Assembly: GCA_012295275.1 (NCBI GenBank)
Contig: CM022668.1
Location: forward strand, 1,054,001-1,118,000
Reading direction: 5' to 3'
DNA from: Chrysomallon squamiferum
Lineage: Eukaryota > Animalia > Mollusca
DNA: 64,000 nt
Numbering within the stretch: position 1 is the stretch's first letter; the number at the start of each line of letters is the position of its first letter. The translations under genes and the position numbers were made by a program. The notes under the pieces are model-generated. The model worked only from the letters and a program-made list of their open reading frames with translations. It was not told the origin of the DNA and ran no database searches. Positions 1 to 12,364 of this stretch are shown piece by piece.

Positions 1-288
1 TATATTGAGGTGTCCCTTGTATTTATTTAATATGGTTATTATTTTTTCATTATATTATTGGTAGTATTTGTATTGATAGTATTAGTAATTTTAGCTGATG
101 ATATTGTAATGGTAACAACAATTGAAGTAGTGATATACACATATTTAATTTGTAAATTAAATGCTGTTAATTAATTTTTAAAATATATATTTTAGGCAAA
201 TGTATTTAGTTATTTAAAAGATTGGATGCAACATGTTAATTAAAACTATATAATTTCCATTAATCTTTATTTTCTTTACATTTTCTAG

Positions 289-356
289 TTCATTGAAGAG
301 TTCAACAAAGGGAGCTGAGTCTCAGACTGTCAGCGCTGAAACAGGTAAAGAAGGTG
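289..356 (+). CDS. PIKFYVE: PIKfyve exon (SLKSSTKGAESQTVSAETGKEG)
   Basis: ttttctag acceptor and GTAAGT donor at 357, with an alternative GTAAAG donor at 345. Open frame, phase-1 end matching the next exon. This is a poorly conserved linker region. Confidence 0.7.
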
Positions 357-3300
357 GTAAGTAGTGTTAAAGAGATTTTTGTGTAAGGTTTTTAATGACA
401 CAGAAAAAATTAACACATCTAACATTCTAATCACAGATTAAGAACAAACTAATCTGAATCAGAGAAAGTTCTTAAAATTATACTATGTCTAATGATTATA
501 TTTCTTGAAAACAACTTTCTAAACATTTAAATATAAGATCATATATGATCTAATCATTTAATTTTTTTAATGATTAAATAATTTCTTCACTCAAATATTA
601 AAGAAAACAAATTGTTGCCAGTAAGAACACTGTGTGCTTACAAGAAGTGCAAAATTACTTAATTTGCAGGATTTGTCAGAGTTCTGCTAACTTCACAGCA
701 TATAACAAAAAGAAATTTTTTGTCTTTTAAAAACTGAAACACTTAAAAGTTTAACACTTGCTTTTTAAAACTAACATTTCTTAATATGTGAGGAAAGTCA
801 AGAAAAGTGATGTTAAAATTTCCCTATGACACAACACTTATATTATTGTTAAACTTTAAAAGAGATTGATTATGTACTGAACAGCGCTGAAAATGTAGCA
901 CCAGCTGATGATAACCTATGTGAAAGTATCAGCATTAAAAATGTCAATGAATAAGTACTGTACTACCTTGTAGACCATGCATGATAATGAATAATTTATA
1001 AAAAATGACAGCATAAAGTCATCCTGAAATATAACACAGGAATGGTATGAAAAACATAAATAAAATGTGCAAATGATACTCACTGGGCTACAAAAGATGG
1101 TATTTTCATTTATGAAGTAGTCTTTGAGGGAATACTAAACAAGTGACAGCTGAGGAACATGAATGTGTCTACGGCATGCTTCACATCTACATTTTGACTA
1201 GAATCACACACAGTGATGTGGATGCCATTTTCATAAATAGCTAGACTCCACAGGATTATATACCTGCAGACAGAAACCAACAACAACGTCCATTCTATTC
1301 TAACAAGATTGCCATATTGTTCTCATTCATATTCATGATCAAACACTGCTACCTGCCACCAGTTCTAGGTCAGTTATAACAACCAAACAGCACATCATGT
1401 TTGCTGTGGCAAAATGAACACCATTTACTATGAGGATAACATTTTGCAAAATAACATTGTTGTCTTTTTTCCTCAACAAAAACTTAGAGAAATGGAAATT
1501 CACCACAGCAGGAATGGAACACAAACTTACTGGATCAGTGATGTGTAGATGCAGACTGTGATAGTATGCTCTGTTGACTTTTCATTGTGATGTAGATAAA
1601 TAAAACTAATCTCTGATTGTACCACCCTTTTGGTTTGAGGTCATAATCCATCATCCATTTACTGCTCATGTATTTTCAAAATCCAAACATTTCTTGGTGG
1701 TTTATTTTCAGTGCTGCTCAGTATAGAAACAAATAACAATTACTGGAAAGTACATATGTTATGTATTTAGATGATTTATACCACAGAGGTTTATTTTAGT
1801 AAATTGTGATAATATTTACATTTTACGTGGCTAATCATTCTTTTGTACTTTCCCTTACTTTAATCCATGGTGAAGTCCTAAGTCACCTTAATTTTCTTCT
1901 TTTTTATTTCTTTTCTTTTTTCTTTCTTTTTTAAAAAGTATATCTCTTGGAAGTTGGAAGTGTCAATATATTTTGCTTCCATTTTTTGAACCATGATTTA
2001 TAATTGGCCAGCAGACGTCCGTTATTTCCATTAAATTATATTTATTAATAAATTACATTGGAAAAACAAAAAGATTTGTTCCATTCTACATCGTGTTACT
2101 TAGTTTTATAACCACAGAGGATTGAATAAATAAATCACAGACAAAATTAACATTAAAAATAATGTTGGTGACATTTCCAGTTTCATTGCTTTCAGCCATA
2201 AAGAAACTGGTGTAAAAATTATTAACAGGTCTTGTTTGTTTCTCCTTGAGCTATTCATTAACTGATACAGACCGTGTGCTTAAGAAAAGTACCTCAGAGA
2301 TGGCTGCTGATGACTAAATGGTTGTGTGGAAGGAGATCGTGTGACCAACTGTACGAATATCTGCAAAAAAAGCATTGTTTTACTGTTGTGATTAGAGTTT
2401 CATAATAAACTCAGTTCCTTTAAACCTGCATTCAGATTTAATTAAGTGGACATAATTACATGAACAGCAAAGATTACAGTTTACAGACCTACAATACTCT
2501 AGAAAATAGGCTGTGAGTTACTAAACAAACACCAAAATAAAATATTTTTACTGTTTACAGCATGAGTCTGTAAAAACAAGTATTTTGTTAAAGGTGCTGT
2601 TTTATTAGAAACAGAATATAGGTGTATTTATATTTATAATAGAGAATTACTGATGTAGATGCTTAATTTTATATCTTATTGTTTCATTTCACCTTTATAA
2701 AAACATCATTTCTTGCTAAAGTTCCTCCTTTTGTGCTAATGTGTCTAATGTATCTAAAGGAGTTTTCTACCCTAACTTCAACCATACCTATAGATGATTT
2801 ATTTGGATGGAAAAATGAAATTAAGTATGTGTGTGTGTGTGCATACATGTTAATATTAATATCATTTGTTTATATTTCTTTCTTTCTTTTCTTTTGATTT
2901 TCTTTTTCTTTTTACAATTAATATTATTTTTGTTGTAGATATTTTTTTTCTTCTTTTAACTTAATTTTTATTATTATGTTTTTCAACTATTATAAATGTT
3001 TATTTTAACGTATAACTAGGTTCAAAAAGAACTGGTAGTGGGATGCTCTCTTTTTTTCGTGGTTCTAAAGATCAGAGTCCGAGTTTGCCAAGGAAGGCAG
3101 ACTACGTAGATGCTGTCAGATATACTATAGGTTCAGAACTCTCGGGTATAGAAGGTATATTCTTATTTGTATGTGTATATGCCTCTTTGTTTGTGTAAGT
3201 TTGTTGTAGGATATTGTGAAGATGCACCTTAATTTTTATTTTATCTTTACCTCCACTTTATTTTTTCTTATTTTGTGTGTCGCAGTGTATGTGTTTGTGT

Positions 3301-6300
3301 TTGTATGTGCAAACAGTTGTGTACATTTTATGTTGTTTTTCAATGTCTTCAGTTTTAGTTTTATTTTAGTTTTGCCATTTAGGATCATGGCAGCCTAAAA
3401 AATCTTATTTTAATTCATTATATTTGATAATCTCTTGTTTTAATAATCCTTAAGTTGTCATCATTTCCTGCTTATTAGTACAGATTCCTTTGAAAATTAA
3501 AACTTGTTTTAGTTTATTATTTTATTCATATTTGACATACCTTATAATTTTCTTGACTTTTCTGTTTTATCTAACAAAGCCTTATTTCACAATTAATCTA
3601 CTTTTATTTGTCTTTTTTGGTTGTTTTAATTTTTTAACTATTATTATTTTCACATCATATATATATATATATATATAGATGACTGTTTTTTATTTTTGTT
3701 GTTTTGTTTTTCTTAAACTACAAATTGTTAACTCTGACTTTTATTTACATATGAAAAAATAATTTTAGACAGCTCTTGAAATAATTTTCATTAAGTATAA
3801 ATTGTTAACATTTATCACTTTCATCTCAGTTACACTGTAAATAACAACCAACTCATTTTAATTTTATGTGAATGTTATGTAGAAACCTTTGACCCTTGCA
3901 TATTAATACATGTTGCATCTAATATAATATATTGTTTTAAGTTATTACTTGTTCATGCATTACATGCAACTGTCATGTGATTTAAAGAACACGACACTTT
4001 AATAAGAAGAAAAATAACAATGCTGTTAAAGAAGAATTAATAGTAGTTGTAGTAGCAGCAGAAGTAGCTGTAGTAATGCAGTGTTTTCATTATGCAGTCT
4101 GTTATTTATACTAATATAATATCTACTAGAATGAGAATGTTCTTAGATTTAAACACATATTTATTGGTTTATTTATTTATAAAATTAATTCTCACTTAAA
4201 TGATAGAAATGCAAGAGCACATGACTGTTGTCTGATTTTATGTGCTTGTGCTGTTGGTTCAGAGATTACAGTTTGTATGAGAAATAAGCTGTGTTGTTAT
4301 GTTATCAACATTATTTAATTACAATGTCTATCTTAGTGATGTTATTACCTTCTACATCAAAACAAATTATAAAATTTAGCTAGATGCTTGTTGAATTTGT
4401 TAACAGTTGATATGGTTGTCTTTTTAAGTCATGATCTGGTCACTGACAGCCTGAAATTAATTGTAGTCCTCAATACACCTGTAAAGTCAGTTGCATCTAC
4501 ATTCCTCTCTGCGTCTTGACTGTGATGTCAAATAGTCATATTTTACAGTGTGCCAATGTATGTTAATTATCAGTATGTCAGTTTTGTAGACAACTGCTAG
4601 ATCACAACTGTTGTATCTTCTTAATATTTTATCTGGATAAATTATGTGGTTTAGTTTTTATTGTTATTTAATTTCAGATGACGCTGAATCATTTTCAATC
4701 TTTCCATCTGTGACATCAACTGATGCTGACAAGAGCAAGTCAGGCAACAAGCAGCTTTTAAACCACCACATTGAATTACGTAAGTTACTGTCGTTAAATT
4801 ATTTAACACATACACATAAAAATCATTATTCATATACTTTATTAGAGATGTAAAAAAGGTTACCCAGGTTTTATCTTTCATTATTTCTCCTTTTGTAGTA
4901 AATCTAGTACTAGTATATGAAATAACATGTTCTTTTCTGTTTCAGAATTTTCTGATAATGTGGCAAAATTTTACTGTCGTGTTTTCTTCGCTGAACAGTT
5001 TAGGCAGCTTCGCAAGTTGATATTTCCTGCTGGCGAGGACTTGTAAGTGCTTTCATCATATTACTACATACACACACACATACATATATACATACATACA
5101 TTGCCTGACCTTTCTGGGTAATTTTTCAACATACTGCCTGATATGAAAGATCTGTCATTCATTGAGAGCAATTGTTGTAAACACAACTAATGATAAGATG
5201 CAGTATTATTTAATATGTCATTTGTTTTACAGGTAATAGCAACAGCAACAGCAGTGCTATAATAGTAGTAGTAAATTGTTTCTCTTAAAAATCCTTTTCA
5301 TTCTTGATTTCTGTGTTTATCCTGTATTTTGTGTTTTTGGAGATGTTGTCTTTAACTTTGTTAACACAGAGATATTTGCAGTTCACTAAATGAAAATCTG
5401 AATATCTGAGATTTATTCTATAGGTTTATCCAGTCTTTAAGCAGATGTAAACCATGGGAAGCCAAAGGAGGAAAATCTGGATCCACATTTTGTAAAACAG
5501 ATGGTGAGATTGTCATGATGAATTTAACAAAACTGAGATTTGAGGTATTTAGTGAATGATAGAAGATACAGTGATTAATTTTGAATTTATTTATTGTGTT
5601 ACTTTAATTTTTTTTTAAATATTACAAAACATTTATGTAGAAGCATAGTAACTTCAAAAAAGACAGCTAAAATGCTAACACTGAACAAAAATTTATCTGA
5701 TTTAAATTTAAAATTCCTGTAGACGGATTAATGATAAATAATAATTTTTGTTTTAGATGATCGATTCATTCTGAAACAAATGTCCAACATGGAAATTGAA
5801 TCATTTGAGAAGTTTGGCCCTGAGTATTTCAAATACATTTCAAAAGCTTACACTGAAAAGGTTAGATATGACTTCATACCTATGTATACACACACATGCA
5901 CAGAAACATACATACACATAAAACATATGTTTCAATCAGTCTGTGAAACCAGTCATTATTTGTGAAGTATTCAGCAGTTTCTCGTAAAGCCTGTGATCAC
6001 TTTTACCAGATTTTATATAAAAAGTTAATCTCAAGTCCTGACATAAATGTTATTTACTTTGAAAACTAATCGAATAATAAAATTATATTTTCTTCTTCTA
6101 AGAAACCAACTGCTCTGGCTAAGATCCTTGGGGTTTATCGAATTGGATTCCGCAACACACAGACAAACACAGCACTGAAACAAGACTTGCTGGTGATGGA
6201 AAATCTTTTCTACAGTAGAAGAATTGCACAGGTTGTTTTCTGTTGTTGTGTTTTGTGTTTATTTTTATTATGTTTAGATGTTTGTATGTGTGTGTTTTTA

Positions 6301-8092
6301 TCTCTTCTTTTTTTTGTGTGTGTGTATTTGTTAAACTTTTAAAATATACTTTTTTAACCATTCTCACTGATATTAAAATTCCACGATATACTTGATTAAA
6401 TAATCTACATAAAATTATTTTAAAGTGATATATTTTGAAGCAATAGATAAATGAGATTTAAATAAACTTGTATTCTGATTTTTGGTTAGAATGATTTTGA
6501 ATATAATAATACTGTGTTTCAGAAATATGATTTAAAGGGCTCACTGAGAAATCGTCTGATAAACACATCAGGAAAACGTTATGAAGATCTCGTACATCTT
6601 GATGAAAATTTGCTGAAATGTATGTCCAGTTATTTAAATGTATTTGATGAAATTTTCAAAATTATATTTACAATACCATAGATACATTTTTTATATACTT
6701 ATGTTATTGTATTCTAATTAATATTGATAAAGTATATTAATATAACAGTAGTTATAGAAGCAAGGAGTCATTTTTAGAACTATCTCAGTAACAAAATATG
6801 GATAATGGATAATAATTTGTGGTTAAATGGAACACAGAATAGTACATTACTTATTATTGTAACCACAGATACACTTTCATTATTAAACATCAACTCCTGT
6901 ACAAAATTTACTGCTTTGAAAAAAAAATTCTTTAAAACATGTTTATAAATAATAAAAAGTACATATTTTTTAGATTCTTTACAATTCTATAATAAAACCT
7001 TATTTCAGTGAGTGTTGATTCACCTCTGTACATGAGACCATATTCTAAAACTGTACTAAAAAGTGCCATTGACAGTGACTCAGACTTTCTGTCCTCTAAT
7101 CTTGTCATGGATTACTCACTGCTTGTAGGACTTGATGAAGTGAAGAAGGAACTGGTTGTGGGAATTATTGGTTAGTTTGTCGTTTTTCTGTTTTATCAAA
7201 TTTCACCGTTTTTGTTCAGCATGCCTTTAATTTCAGTTAATTTAATAAGTTTATTTTTTTATTATTATAATGTTTTATGTTGAGGCATTTTCTGTTTTTA
7301 CAGATTACATTCGAACATTCACCTGGGACAAGAAACTAGAAATGGTTGTGAAGTCTCAGATTTCTATGATTGGAGGACAAGGTTGTTATTCTGAGATTCA
7401 TTTTTTAAAATAGAAATAAATATGTTGGTAGAGATTAATAGGTGCAAATGACAGCTGTATAGATAACTTTACAGAGTTTTATTTGGTCTGGATAAATTGA
7501 AAGTACACGATTAGTAATAAGCTGCAATTATTATTAATATCTTCTCAAAATTGTTCAGTTCAGTTCTAGTTTTGTTTTTCAGGAAAAATGCCTACTGTTG
7601 TTTCTCCTCAGCTGTATCGCAGTCGCTTCCTGGAAGCAATGGATCGCTATTTCCTTCATGTCCCAGACGAGTGGAGTGGGCTAGAATCAGGTATTTTAAC
7701 AGAATAATAGTTTTGAACATTTTATTTTATTTTATTTTACTTTTAAAACATCACTGCATGGTTTTGTCTTCTAATAACATAAGTGACATTACTGAACAAT
7801 TAATCATTTTACTAATTCTAAGATTTATGAATAAAAAAATGGTGATAATAATGATACAGAATACAATCAAAGTTAAGACATATTTCAGTTTAATAAGCAA
7901 TTTGAATTTATATTTTGGTTTGTTTCTATGCTTGGTTCTTTCTTTATTTATTGATTTGTTTGTTTGTTTACTTGTTTTGTTTGTTTGTCTGTTTATTTAT
8001 TTATTTATTTATTTATTTTTGTTTTAGATTTATTTCAGCAGAATGAGAATAAGGAACCAAAAGAAGAACTGGAATTGTCTATGAAAAGTTGA
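289..8092 (+). CDS. PIKFYVE: PIKfyve/Fab1 1-phosphatidylinositol 3-phosphate 5-kinase, 3' portion (12 exons in window; the gene starts upstream of the window)
   Basis: Exons 289-356, 3020-3154, 4678-4779, 4946-5042, 5424-5503, 5757-5860, 6103-6231, 6523-6619, 7009-7170, 7304-7381, 7583-7690 and 8028-8092 join in phase at GT-AG sites. The translation gives GMLSFFRG, HIELQFSD..AKFYCR, GGKSG, DDRFILKQM, PTALAKILGVYRIG, LLVMENLFY, DLKGSLRNR, MDYSLLVG, IIDYIRTFTWDKKLEMVVK and GKMPTVVSP, which is the PIKfyve kinase domain. Confidence 0.96.
877..1721. mobile_element. Decayed non-autonomous DNA transposon with ~27-bp imperfect TIRs, TA-flanked (Tc1/mariner-type signature)
   Basis: The left end ta|ctgaacagcgctgaaaatgtagcacca matches the reverse complement of the right end, ta|ctgagcagcactgaaaataaaccacca. 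No intact ORF inside. Confidence 0.5.
3020..3154 (+). CDS. PIKFYVE: PIKfyve exon (SKRTGSGMLSFFRGSKD...)
   Basis: AG/GT boundaries, 135 nt, phase 1-1. The SGMLSFFRG motif is shared with vertebrate PIKfyve. Confidence 0.9.
4678..4779 (+). CDS. PIKFYVE: PIKfyve exon (...KQLLNHHIEL)
   Basis: tttcag/gtaagt boundaries; matches KQLINPHVEL. Confidence 0.92.
4946..5042 (+). CDS. PIKFYVE: PIKfyve exon (QFSDNVAKFYCRVFFAEQFRQLR...)
   Basis: tttcag/gtaagt boundaries; start of the kinase domain. Confidence 0.95.
5424..5503 (+). CDS. PIKFYVE: PIKfyve exon (FIQSLSRCKPWEAKGGKSGSTF)
   Basis: Contains the Gly-rich loop GGKSG; tag/gtgaga boundaries. Confidence 0.95.
5757..5860 (+). CDS. PIKFYVE: PIKfyve exon (DDRFILKQMSNMEIESF...)
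   Basis: Contains the ATP-binding Lys motif FILKQM; tag/gttaga boundaries. Confidence 0.95.
6103..6231 (+). CDS. PIKFYVE: PIKfyve exon (KPTALAKILGVYRIG...LLVMENLFY)
   Basis: Near-identical to the PIKfyve family motif; aag/gttgtt boundaries. Confidence 0.95.
6523..6619 (+). CDS. PIKFYVE: PIKfyve exon (KYDLKGSLRNR...LDENLLK)
   Basis: Contains the PIPK signature DLKGS. Confidence 0.95.
7009..7170 (+). CDS. PIKFYVE: PIKfyve exon (SPLYMRP...MDYSLLVG...ELVVGII)
   Basis: Contains the PIPK catalytic motif MDYSL. Confidence 0.95.
7304..7381 (+). CDS. PIKFYVE: PIKfyve exon (DYIRTFTWDKKLEMVVKS...)
   Basis: Contains the IIDY motif and the PIKfyve-type activation loop. Confidence 0.95.
7583..7690 (+). 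CDS. PIKFYVE: PIKfyve exon (GKMPTVVSPQLYRSRFLEAMDRYFLHVPDEWSGLES); ends at stop 7707 if unspliced
   Basis: Matches the conserved PIKfyve C-terminus. CAG|GTATTT donor at 7691; read-through gives GILTE*. Confidence 0.93.
8028..8092 (+). CDS. PIKFYVE: Putative terminal PIKfyve exon (DLFQQNENKEPKEELELSMKS*)
   Basis: Long T-rich tract ending ttttag, then a purine-rich exon-like segment open in the correct phase to TGA at 8090-8092. No homology support. Confidence 0.55.
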
Positions 8093-9018
8093 CATAGGTA
8101 TATAATAATACTAACTGAACCCTAGAAGAGAAAACTGAATCAGTGTACAACACTGAGTGATACAGAAAGCACAGAATATCTGTAAAATGCAACTGCAGAT
8201 GAAAATAACATATTCATTGAACAGTAAAATATAAACTATATTTTCTGCACTAAACAAAGTTTATGTTATATTGGTGTTTAAACTGTTGTTTACAGATACA
8301 GTATTAACTGTGATAAAATTATTTTAAAAACACTTCTCCAGCAATTATATGGATTGTTTATTTAATCTTTATTATTATAAGTGTTTTTGTGCTGTTCAAT
8401 TTCAGTGGAGTATGTTACTGAGATTGATAAAAATAATATAATCAAATCTAAATGTACACACAATAAAAAAAACAGTTTTATAATTGAAAACCTTTTGTTA
8501 TTAAAGTTAATATTTATTTGCTTTACTTATTGTTATATTCAGTTTAAAACTAAGAGAGATAAGTTGCATTGTGTTGTTACCAATTTATATTCCTGTTTTA
8601 AAATTTGTTCTTGTTACTGCAAAGTCTGTTTAAAATTAAGTAATTATAATTATAATTAAAGTTTTAATTCTTATTTATGCAGAATATTTTCAAAATGAAG
8701 AGGGCATTTTTTAAATTATTTTTTTTTAAAAGTCACTATTGGTTTATAAATCAATTTTAAGTTCAGTCCCTTTAAAATTGACTAAATTTACTGCACTATA
8801 TTGCTTTAAAAAAAAAATTGAATACATAAATAAAATTATTTTTAAGGATTTCTTTTTTTCTTTTTTTTTAATACATTCAGCTTCGTTAATTAAAAAAAAA
8901 AAAAAAAATCTTGTTCAGACATCCTTTCTATTACATTGCAATCTATTTAATACACCATCTGTTTAAAACCAGTTTTTAAATACTCCTGTCCTCACAATCT
9001 TTTCACTGAACAGACTGA

Positions 9019-9084
9019 ATAAATTTCAGATATGGATGATATGGATAAATTTCAGATATGGATGATATGGATAAATTTCAGATA
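9019..9084. repeat. 26-bp tandem repeat, ~2.5 copies (ataaatttcagatatggatgatatgg)
   Basis: Seen directly. Confidence 0.9.
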
Positions 9085-10215
9085 ATGTCCGTCTGGATGT
9101 TTTGTATGATATGTTTAGTTGTATCAAAGTTTTATATCTTATTCATACTATCAGCCTTTTGTATAATAATATATTTAAAGTGATTAAAGTTTGACAAAAA
9201 TGGTCAGTGATACTGTTAATTAGAAACAGTCTCTCGAATTCAAATTTTAAAAAGTCAGTTTGTAAATTGTTTTAGAATTCATTCCTTTATTTATTTTAAT
9301 TGAAAAGAATTGTATTCCACATATAATTTTACACACATTTTTATATTTTTTAATTAATAAAATTTAATTTTAAATTATGTCATGTATATGTTATTAGTTG
9401 GGCAAGGGATTTCTGATATTATCTGCAATGCAATGGACTGATACTTCCTTCGTTTCCCAGATGAATGTAGTAATTTTGATATTCATAATCATAGTGAGTT
9501 TTAATTTTCTACAAATTGCCACCAATATTGTTTTCATAATAAGAAGAAAAGTTACAAGAACGTCAAACATTAATTAACACAATTACGTACCTTTAGGAAT
9601 TCTATTTTATATAGTATGATGTATTATTAACAAAAGAAAAAGTTTCAAAGATTAGCACAATTAGCTAACAACAGTGCCTTTTAAAAATTCTGTATTATTA
9701 TTTTTTTATTACTATAAAATCTAGTTATCCCCCAAAAATAAAGAAGACACGCTTTGTGGCTACACATTGAAATTAAGTAAATCGTGAATCCCAATGTATC
9801 AATGAGTGTTGATGTTAGCTGAAGGAGACATGAGATCATTGCCCCTAAATAGCAGCAGATCACGTCAAGGTTTAAATGTACCAGTTAGACGAAGTGAGCA
9901 GCAACTCTTCCTAGCATAAAACTAAAAAAAAAAAAAAAAACTCTGCTCTAAAACCTCCCTAGCAATTATCTATTTATTGGAACATTAGAACATTGATTGG
10001 CCAATTTTGGCTTGCTGCATGGTTTGATCATCATTTGATGATGGCCCACTATTGACAGATGATAGCAAACTGACGGTTTCAGCCTGCTTTGAAAGTCATA
10101 ATGGATAATATTAAGTTAGAATCATCTAGCCATAAATACATTTGGAAATTGTTGGCTTAATACCGAACGCATCATCAGCCCACTTGAACATGGCATTTAA
10201 AATACCAGTGTTAAT

Positions 10216-10565
10216 TATCTGAAATAAAGGAACAAATATTACACTGATAATACTAAGATTTTAGAAAATCTAGTGATGTTATGTATCAGTCACTTCTTCG
10301 TTGAGGATAATATCAGTTCTGTAGTAGCTTTTCCAGATATCGAAAAATAGGTTTATCGTAAAACAAAAAATAAAACAAAAAAAAAGAAAGAAAAAACTAA
10401 GCTTATTAAATTTATACATATAAAATGATGTGTTTGTATAGATAGATCCTTACTATTAGCCAGTGCTATTAGCAAGCGCTTCTTCATATTCTATTTATTT
10501 AATTTTTATTCTTTTTACTTTTTATTTTTTAAAACTTATTTATTTAATTTATTTATTTATTTATT

Positions 10566-10609
<44 letters not shown>

Positions 10610-11279
10610 TGTTGTTATGTGTATATATTTTTTGTTTTAGAACACCGTCAACATGAAATAGCATTAACAGGTTTCCATACGTTTTCTGACAACTGGCCGA
10701 CGACAGTCCCACCGTTTTCAGACAACTGGCCGCTGTTGCCTGTTTGCTGTGCTGATAGTTGTAAGGAAAGGGAAGTCACAGATACTTTCATGTGGGTTTT
10801 ATGAACTTGCCTATTTTACTTCTACTTGTGTTGTTAGCGGGATCATGAACCGTGTAGCTCATACACTAAAACGAGAGAGAACACACGAAGAAACGAAGCA
10901 GAACTAACTAATTTAGCTCATCCGTGAATATCCTACAATTTAACAATAAATAATTCAATTTCCTTGCAACGTTTTTAACTCCACAGCCGTATTCAATTAT
11001 AAGAGCAATATAACGCACCACAGACCAGAAGAAAAAACTGAAAACCGTTTTCTTTTGATTTGCACACCATATTCTTAAACAAAATTATTTAAAAGTACTT
11101 CGTACACGGGTACCCTACTTTTGATTCCAAAGTTAAAAAAGTTAAAGATATTTGAAAGTAATATTGTGAAAAATACCGAAGTTATATAATAAACATAATA
11201 ACTATTTTGTTGGCCTAATGTAATTTGATACAGTGCATTATCCTATCTGAAAGAAAGGAACAAATATTACACTGATAAT
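10216..11279. repeat. Pair of 36-bp direct repeats (10216-10251 and 11244-11279, 1 mismatch)
   Basis: tatctgaaa[t/g]aaaggaacaaatattacactgataat occurs at both positions. Confidence 0.85.
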
Positions 11280-11961
11280 CCTTAACTGATATTTAAAAAA
11301 TAAATACATAGAAACAAAACAGTTATAAAAAAAATTCATATATATTTACAGAGATATATATGTATCAGTTTAGTTAAAAATATCATACATTACAACTTCC
11401 GATATATAATGTTGTGTTGTCATCATCACTAAGTTGTATGAAGAAGTGAAAGAATAATGAAGTGAGTGAACAAATTTATTAATGATAGAACTGGGCTGAA
11501 GAAAAAATAATAAATGAGACACTATTAAAATACGTGATCAATACTTTCTCAGACAACTGACAGACATTAAAAACGCGCATAAAAACCAAGTAATGAAATT
11601 AGCCGGAAAAATATTATGTCGGATAGCAATTAAAAATTTGTTTGAAGTTTCGGCTCTTTATTCTTCGTACATAAGGGAATGGCAGTTATTCTGTATGATT
11701 TCACTGTGCAAGGTGCTTTAACGCATAATCGATAGTTTATTCCGATAGTAAAAATATAATTAATGACAAAGACCAAAACTGAAACTGCCACAAATGTATA
11801 CATTGCTACACATCAAAAGAATTTCAAATGCAGTTCATATTGTTTGTCTTGAGAGCATAACTTTTCGGTTAATTCGCTTAAATTAAGAAACATTATGATC
11901 ACCATATTACAACTATGCGTTCCCTTTTTTCTTTCTTTCTTATTTATTTTAAAAACACTTC

Positions 11962-12016
<55 letters not shown>

Positions 12017-12246
12017 CTAAAAACAGGAACATCCCAAGCATCTTTTTTTAGCTGGACAAAATCGAATACTGTTCTTTGTTTCCGTGTCGAGATTTTATCG
12101 TCTGCTCGGAGAAAAAGTAATAAAATATAGCTAGAATCGGTCGTAAAAAACAGAGCATTGCGTAAAATAAATGCATATCAAAGACTTGCTCAAATGAACT
12201 ACACTGGTCGATAGTCCGCAACTTAATTTATTCATGATTTATACGT

Positions 12247-12364
12247 AGCGTATGAAACGTATTAATACACAGCGTATAATACGTATTAATACAGAGCGTA
12301 TGATACGTATAAATACACAGCGTATGATACGTATAAATACACAGCGTATGATACGTATTAATAC
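12247..12364. repeat. 24-bp minisatellite, ~5 copies (agcgtatgatacgtat[t/a]aatacac)
   Basis: Seen directly; explains the MIRINTQR repeat ORF. Confidence 0.92.

Noticed and set aside
7551-8027. 158-aa ORF
   Set aside because: It overlaps the PIKfyve exon in the wrong frame and runs through T-rich intron/UTR sequence.
9831-9852. TGAGATCATTG, matching the 5' half of bantam miRNA
   Set aside because: The 3' half does not match and no hairpin partner was seen.
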